In this document: positions 60,388 through 64,000 of the stretch, one piece after another
Numbering within the stretch: the stretch's first letter is position 1
Layout: each line of letters starts with the position of its first letter
Source of the DNA: Nitrosopumilus sp.
GTDB lineage: Archaea > Thermoproteota > Nitrososphaeria > Nitrososphaerales > Nitrosopumilaceae
Direction of reading: 5' to 3'
DNA: 64,000 nucleotides
Assembly: GCA_965224195.1 (NCBI GenBank)
Contig: OZ245040.1
Coordinates: 32,001 to 96,000 of the forward strand
Translations under genes and position numbers: made by a program
Notes under the pieces: generated by a model
Database searches by the model: none
What the model was told of the DNA's origin: nothing
The model's input: the letters and a program-made list of their open reading frames with translations, nothing else

Positions 60388-62556
60388 GTGAAACAAACCG
60401 AAGAAGAATTAGACTTAGATGTTGGTACAGATCTAGATAATGATTCTGAATTGGGAATGGATCTAGATGACGATGTAAACGAATTTGATCCAAAAAGAGG
60501 CGGAATCTTACAATCTACCTCAAAACGTGTCAGAATGATCTTTTCTGTCATGGCCAGTCCAAATAGAATTGATATCCTCAGAATTCTAAATTCTAAAGGC
60601 CCGTTAACTTACTCTGAATTAAAATCCTTAGCTGGTTTCAAATCAAAAAAAGAAAGTGGAAAATTTGCATACCACTTGAGAAAATTACTTAGACAATCAC
60701 TTGTTGCATTAAACAAATCTGAAAGGCGTTACACTATTACAAATCTTGGAAAACTTGTTTTGAGTTTAGCAAGACAAATTGAAGAAAGATCAATTATTGA
60801 AAGCGGAAAAATGTATGTTAGAACATCTTCTGAATCAATTGAAGAATTCAACTCTCACAAAATTATTCAATCTCTAGTCCGTGAAGGAAGTCTTCCATTA
60901 GAACTAGCACAAAAAATTACTGAAGAAGTTGAAAATAGAATTTACAAATATCAAACAACCTATCTGACAGGTGCATTAATTCGAGAAATGGTCAATTCTG
61001 TACTTCTTGAACACGGTCATGAAGAATACAGGAACAAACTAGCACGCCTAGGACTACCTGTCTATGACGTTCAAGAGATGATTTCTAATTTGGATGATGT
61101 AGATAATGGTGCTGAGGGACTATTATTCAATGTTGGACAAAAGGTATTTGCTGAACGTCTTCTTACAAATGTTTTACCTAAAGATGTAGCAGATTCTCAT
61201 CTTTCTGGCGACTTACACATTTCAAATCCTGGAGTCTGGTCTATGATTCCTGATACAATATTTGTTAACATTAAAGAATTGATTGAAGATGGAGTTGATC
61301 TTGGAGGAAAATATCTTGATGTATCAAGAATTTCTACATCAAAACAACTAGATGAAATTACAAGTTCACTATCTGTAGTCATTGCTCTTCTATCAAAAGA
61401 AGCTTCACAAGAAATTGTTCTTGATGGTTTAGTTCCATTATTTGCAAAACATTCAAAATCTATTCCAGAACTTGAACAAAAACTAACTGATGCATTTGCA
61501 ACTTCATCAACAACTTCCAAATATAATAAAAATAGTACCAATGTTTCAATTCGTTTACAATTAGGAACTGATACAAAAATAATTACTGCAATTATCAATG
61601 CATACAAAAATTATACAAAGATTACTCCAATTCCAAAAATTGGTTTGATAATTGATGCTGATAAAGGAAAGATTACCGATGTATCCCTAGCAGTAGCTGA
61701 AATTCTTTCAATTGGTGGAAAAGTAATGTTTGCCAAAGGTCAAACATCTAGTTATGGTATAACTAATGGATCTACTAAGACATCTGGCCCTCTCTCAATT
61801 ACTTTACAATCAGTTTCAATTAATCTTCCAAGATTAGCATTTGAATCAAATAAAGATGAAACTTACTTTAGAGCAAGACTTGCTTTACTAATGAAACCAG
61901 CTTTGGCTTCTATGGCATTAAGAAAGAAAGAGATCTCTGATCTAACTAGAAGAGGACTTAATCCAATTTTAGCAAAGAACACCCAATACATGCAGAGAAG
62001 TTCTGTATCCCTTGTTGTAAATTTAGTAGGACTCAAGGAAGCAGTCTTTAACATACTTGGATTCCAAGATAATAAAGAAGGACGAGATATTCTTAACAAA
62101 GTTATAGATACTGCAGTTGACATTGGTGCCAAAAAAGGTAAGGAATTAGGCGACACAGTGGCTATTTCTATGACTGAAACTGAAGGTTCTGCCCGTTTTG
62201 CAACCCTAGATGGTGAAAAATATGGTAAGAATTCAAGCCTAAACTCTATGGATACTGATTACTATTCTCAAGGTATAGTGGTTAATGCTTCAGAAGTTTC
62301 TAATCTAACTGCAAAAAGTGAGGTTATCGCTGAGTGTAATAAACTCTCAAAGGCACTTAATGGCGGTCTCCTAGTAACATTACAAATTGACAAAGACGCT
62401 AAAGTCGTGGATATCAAAAAAGCAATAGAGAAAACATCTGCACTTACTGCTTCTTTCAAACCAATAAGACCAACTGCAATTTGTGGTGAATGTGGATTCA
62501 AGGATGAACCATTTGATGACAAATGTCCAAAGTGTAAGTCACCTTATGTTATCTGA
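60388..62556 (+). CDS. ArsR-type HTH + ATP-cone + degenerate class III ribonucleotide reductase (NrdD)-like fusion
   Basis: N-terminal NRIDILRIL...FAYHLRKL HTH; ATP-cone (VRTS...FNSHKIIQSL); AHLSGDLHI-like and SINLPRLA NrdD segments; C-terminal CGECG...CPKC; no RxxGY glycyl-radical motif. Confidence 0.8.
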   Translation: MKQTEEELDLDVGTDLDNDSELGMDLDDDVNEFDPKRGGILQSTSKRVRMIFSVMASPNRIDILRILNSKGPLTYSELKSLAGFKSKKESGKFAYHLRKLLRQSLVALNKSERRYTITNLGKLVLSLARQIEERSIIESGKMYVRTSSESIEEFNSHKIIQSLVREGSLPLELAQKITEEVENRIYKYQTTYLTGALIREMVNSVLLEHGHEEYRNKLARLGLPVYDVQEMISNLDDVDNGAEGLLFNVGQKVFAERLLTNVLPKDVADSHLSGDLHISNPGVWSMIPDTIFVNIKELIEDGVDLGGKYLDVSRISTSKQLDEITSSLSVVIALLSKEASQEIVLDGLVPLFAKHSKSIPELEQKLTDAFATSSTTSKYNKNSTNVSIRLQLGTDTKIITAIINAYKNYTKITPIPKIGLIIDADKGKITDVSLAVAEILSIGGKVMFAKGQTSSYGITNGSTKTSGPLSITLQSVSINLPRLAFESNKDETYFRARLALLMKPALASMALRKKEISDLTRRGLNPILAKNTQYMQRSSVSLVVNLVGLKEAVFNILGFQDNKEGRDILNKVIDTAVDIGAKKGKELGDTVAISMTETEGSARFATLDGEKYGKNSSLNSMDTDYYSQGIVVNASEVSNLTAKSEVIAECNKLSKALNGGLLVTLQIDKDAKVVDIKKAIEKTSALTASFKPIRPTAICGECGFKDEPFDDKCPKCKSPYVI

Positions 62557-62788
62557 ATATCGTAAATGAAAAACTAGTTCCGATCATTTTTGAAAATTTT
62601 TGATCAGTTTCAGATGTCGCGATCATCGTTAACTACTAACAATGTTAAGAAGTATGGAGTTCATACTAACATCAAGCACCATTACGATACACATTGTACC
62701 GTTGTCAATTTTATTGAACTGAAGTTTTGAGAAAAACGGACAAATAGTTTATACCATCTACCATTCTAACCTCTGCGGGGAGATTATA

Positions 62789-64000
62789 ATGGACAATTCA
62801 CAAATAGAAAATACGATCATTGAGATCCGTAAGCGCAGTGGCGCAGTAGCGGCTTTTAATAAAGATAAAATTTCAAATGCCATATTTCAGGCATTGGCAG
62901 CCACCTCTAAAGCCGATCGTGGCGTTGCCGATAAACTAGCAGAAGATGTAGTTAACAAGTTGGTAGAGCAAGGATTTACAAGCTCTAGAGCACCTACAGT
63001 TGAAGATATTCAAGATATTGTAGAGTCAACTTTAATCGATAGCGGTAATAGCGATATTGCAAAAGCATACATCGTTTACAGACATGAGAGAAGAAAATTA
63101 AGAGATGAGAAAAAGAAGGTCTTAAATCTCAAAGCCCTTGATCCAGTCTCCAAAAAATTCGACTTGAGCTGTCTACGAGTATTAGCATCAAGATATCTAT
63201 TCAGAAATTCAAAAAGTGAGATTATTGAATCACCAACTCAAATGTTTGAACGAGTCGCAATTCTAGTCGGAATCGGTGATATGTTGTATGATTCACAAAT
63301 CTTTGACAAATCTGGAAATAACAAGCAGGATATAGATGAAGCAAAATCTTATCTTGAAAAACTAGATGCTTTTGATTATAAATTCAAAGTTGGAGATTAT
63401 TTCTTTAACAAATGGCATTTTAGATCTTTAATCACTCACTATGTGACCCTTGCAAACAAAGGTCAGATGAAAATAAGTTTCAAAGATCTACTGACATTGC
63501 TAGCAGGCAAAAAACTAGAAAATTATGCAGATAAAATCACTGAATACTTTACAATGATGACTGGCCAAGACTTCCTACCAAATTCGCCAACCATGATGAA
63601 TGCTGGTGGAAGACTAGGACAACTCTCAGCATGCTTTGTACTTGGTATGGATGATGACATGGAAGAAATCATGAAATCTACTTCTGATGCAGCATTAATT
63701 TTCAAGTCTGGTGGTGGAGTTGGAATCAACTACTCAAATCTTCGTGAAGAGGGTGACATTGTAGCATCAACATCTGGTGTTGCATCTGGTCCAGTATCTT
63801 TCATGAATATTATCAACACTGTCACTGAAGTTGTAAAACAAGGTGGTAAAAGACGTGGAGCAAACATGGGAATCATTGAAGCATGGCATCCTGATGTTGA
63901 AAAATTCATCACAAACAAAACAGAAGCTGGAGTTTTAGAAAATTTTAATGTAAGTGTTGGAATTTGGGAAGACTTTTGGCACGCACTTGTTAATACTACT
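62789..64000 (+). CDS. nrdJ: Class II (B12-dependent) ribonucleotide reductase with N-terminal ATP-cone, truncated by the window end
   Basis: Read by hand: IRKRSG...FNKDKI (ATP-cone), FLPNSPTMMNAG, QLSACFVL, SGGGVG, ASGPVSFM, KQGGKRRGANMG, HPDVEKFI. Confidence 0.92.
   Translation, partial: MDNSQIENTIIEIRKRSGAVAAFNKDKISNAIFQALAATSKADRGVADKLAEDVVNKLVEQGFTSSRAPTVEDIQDIVESTLIDSGNSDIAKAYIVYRHERRKLRDEKKKVLNLKALDPVSKKFDLSCLRVLASRYLFRNSKSEIIESPTQMFERVAILVGIGDMLYDSQIFDKSGNNKQDIDEAKSYLEKLDAFDYKFKVGDYFFNKWHFRSLITHYVTLANKGQMKISFKDLLTLLAGKKLENYADKITEYFTMMTGQDFLPNSPTMMNAGGRLGQLSACFVLGMDDDMEEIMKSTSDAALIFKSGGGVGINYSNLREEGDIVASTSGVASGPVSFMNIINTVTEVVKQGGKRRGANMGIIEAWHPDVEKFITNKTEAGVLENFNVSVGIWEDFWHALVNTT

Noticed and set aside
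63280-63545. Possible intein or insertion in nrdJ
   Set aside because: The extra segment has no Cys/Ser start, His-Asn end or LAGLIDADG motif; it looks like a lineage-specific insertion.
680-63918. Numerous 60-160 aa antisense ORFs in the track
   Set aside because: They lie opposite well-supported genes and have no motifs; shadow ORFs.

Overview
Low-GC ammonia-oxidising archaeon of the Nitrosopumilus type, judged from the HP/HB-cycle hcd and 4-hydroxybutyrate-CoA ligase, the aIF5B-ndk-L24e-S28e-L7Ae block, Lsm-L37e, class II nrdJ, tRNA-Leu(TAG) and tRNA-Ala(CGC). Bases 1-12.84 kb form a minus-strand defence-type island. Its right edge carries a tRNA 3'-end-like att fragment and a truncated integrase-like ORF. 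The island holds a complete DNA phosphorothioation cluster (dndB-C-D-E-A). No recognisable dndFGH or pbeABCD follows it; instead come a YqhH-like SNF2 helicase, a YqhG-like protein, two ParB-family proteins (one lacking the CTPase domain), a beta-CASP-like metallo-beta-lactamase nuclease and a frameshifted ORF that runs off the window. This is the best candidate for an undescribed system. A second accessory patch (about 50.9-55.9 kb) holds truncated genes, a decayed IS5/IS903-group element and a compact operon of four tiny HTH proteins plus a HEPN/DUF4145-like protein. A pirin gene is split by a 1.1-kb insert flanked by a 7-bp direct repeat and carrying virus-like ORFs. Many accessory genes carry nonsense or frameshift lesions while core genes are intact. 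All family calls come from motif recognition by eye; no database searches were run.
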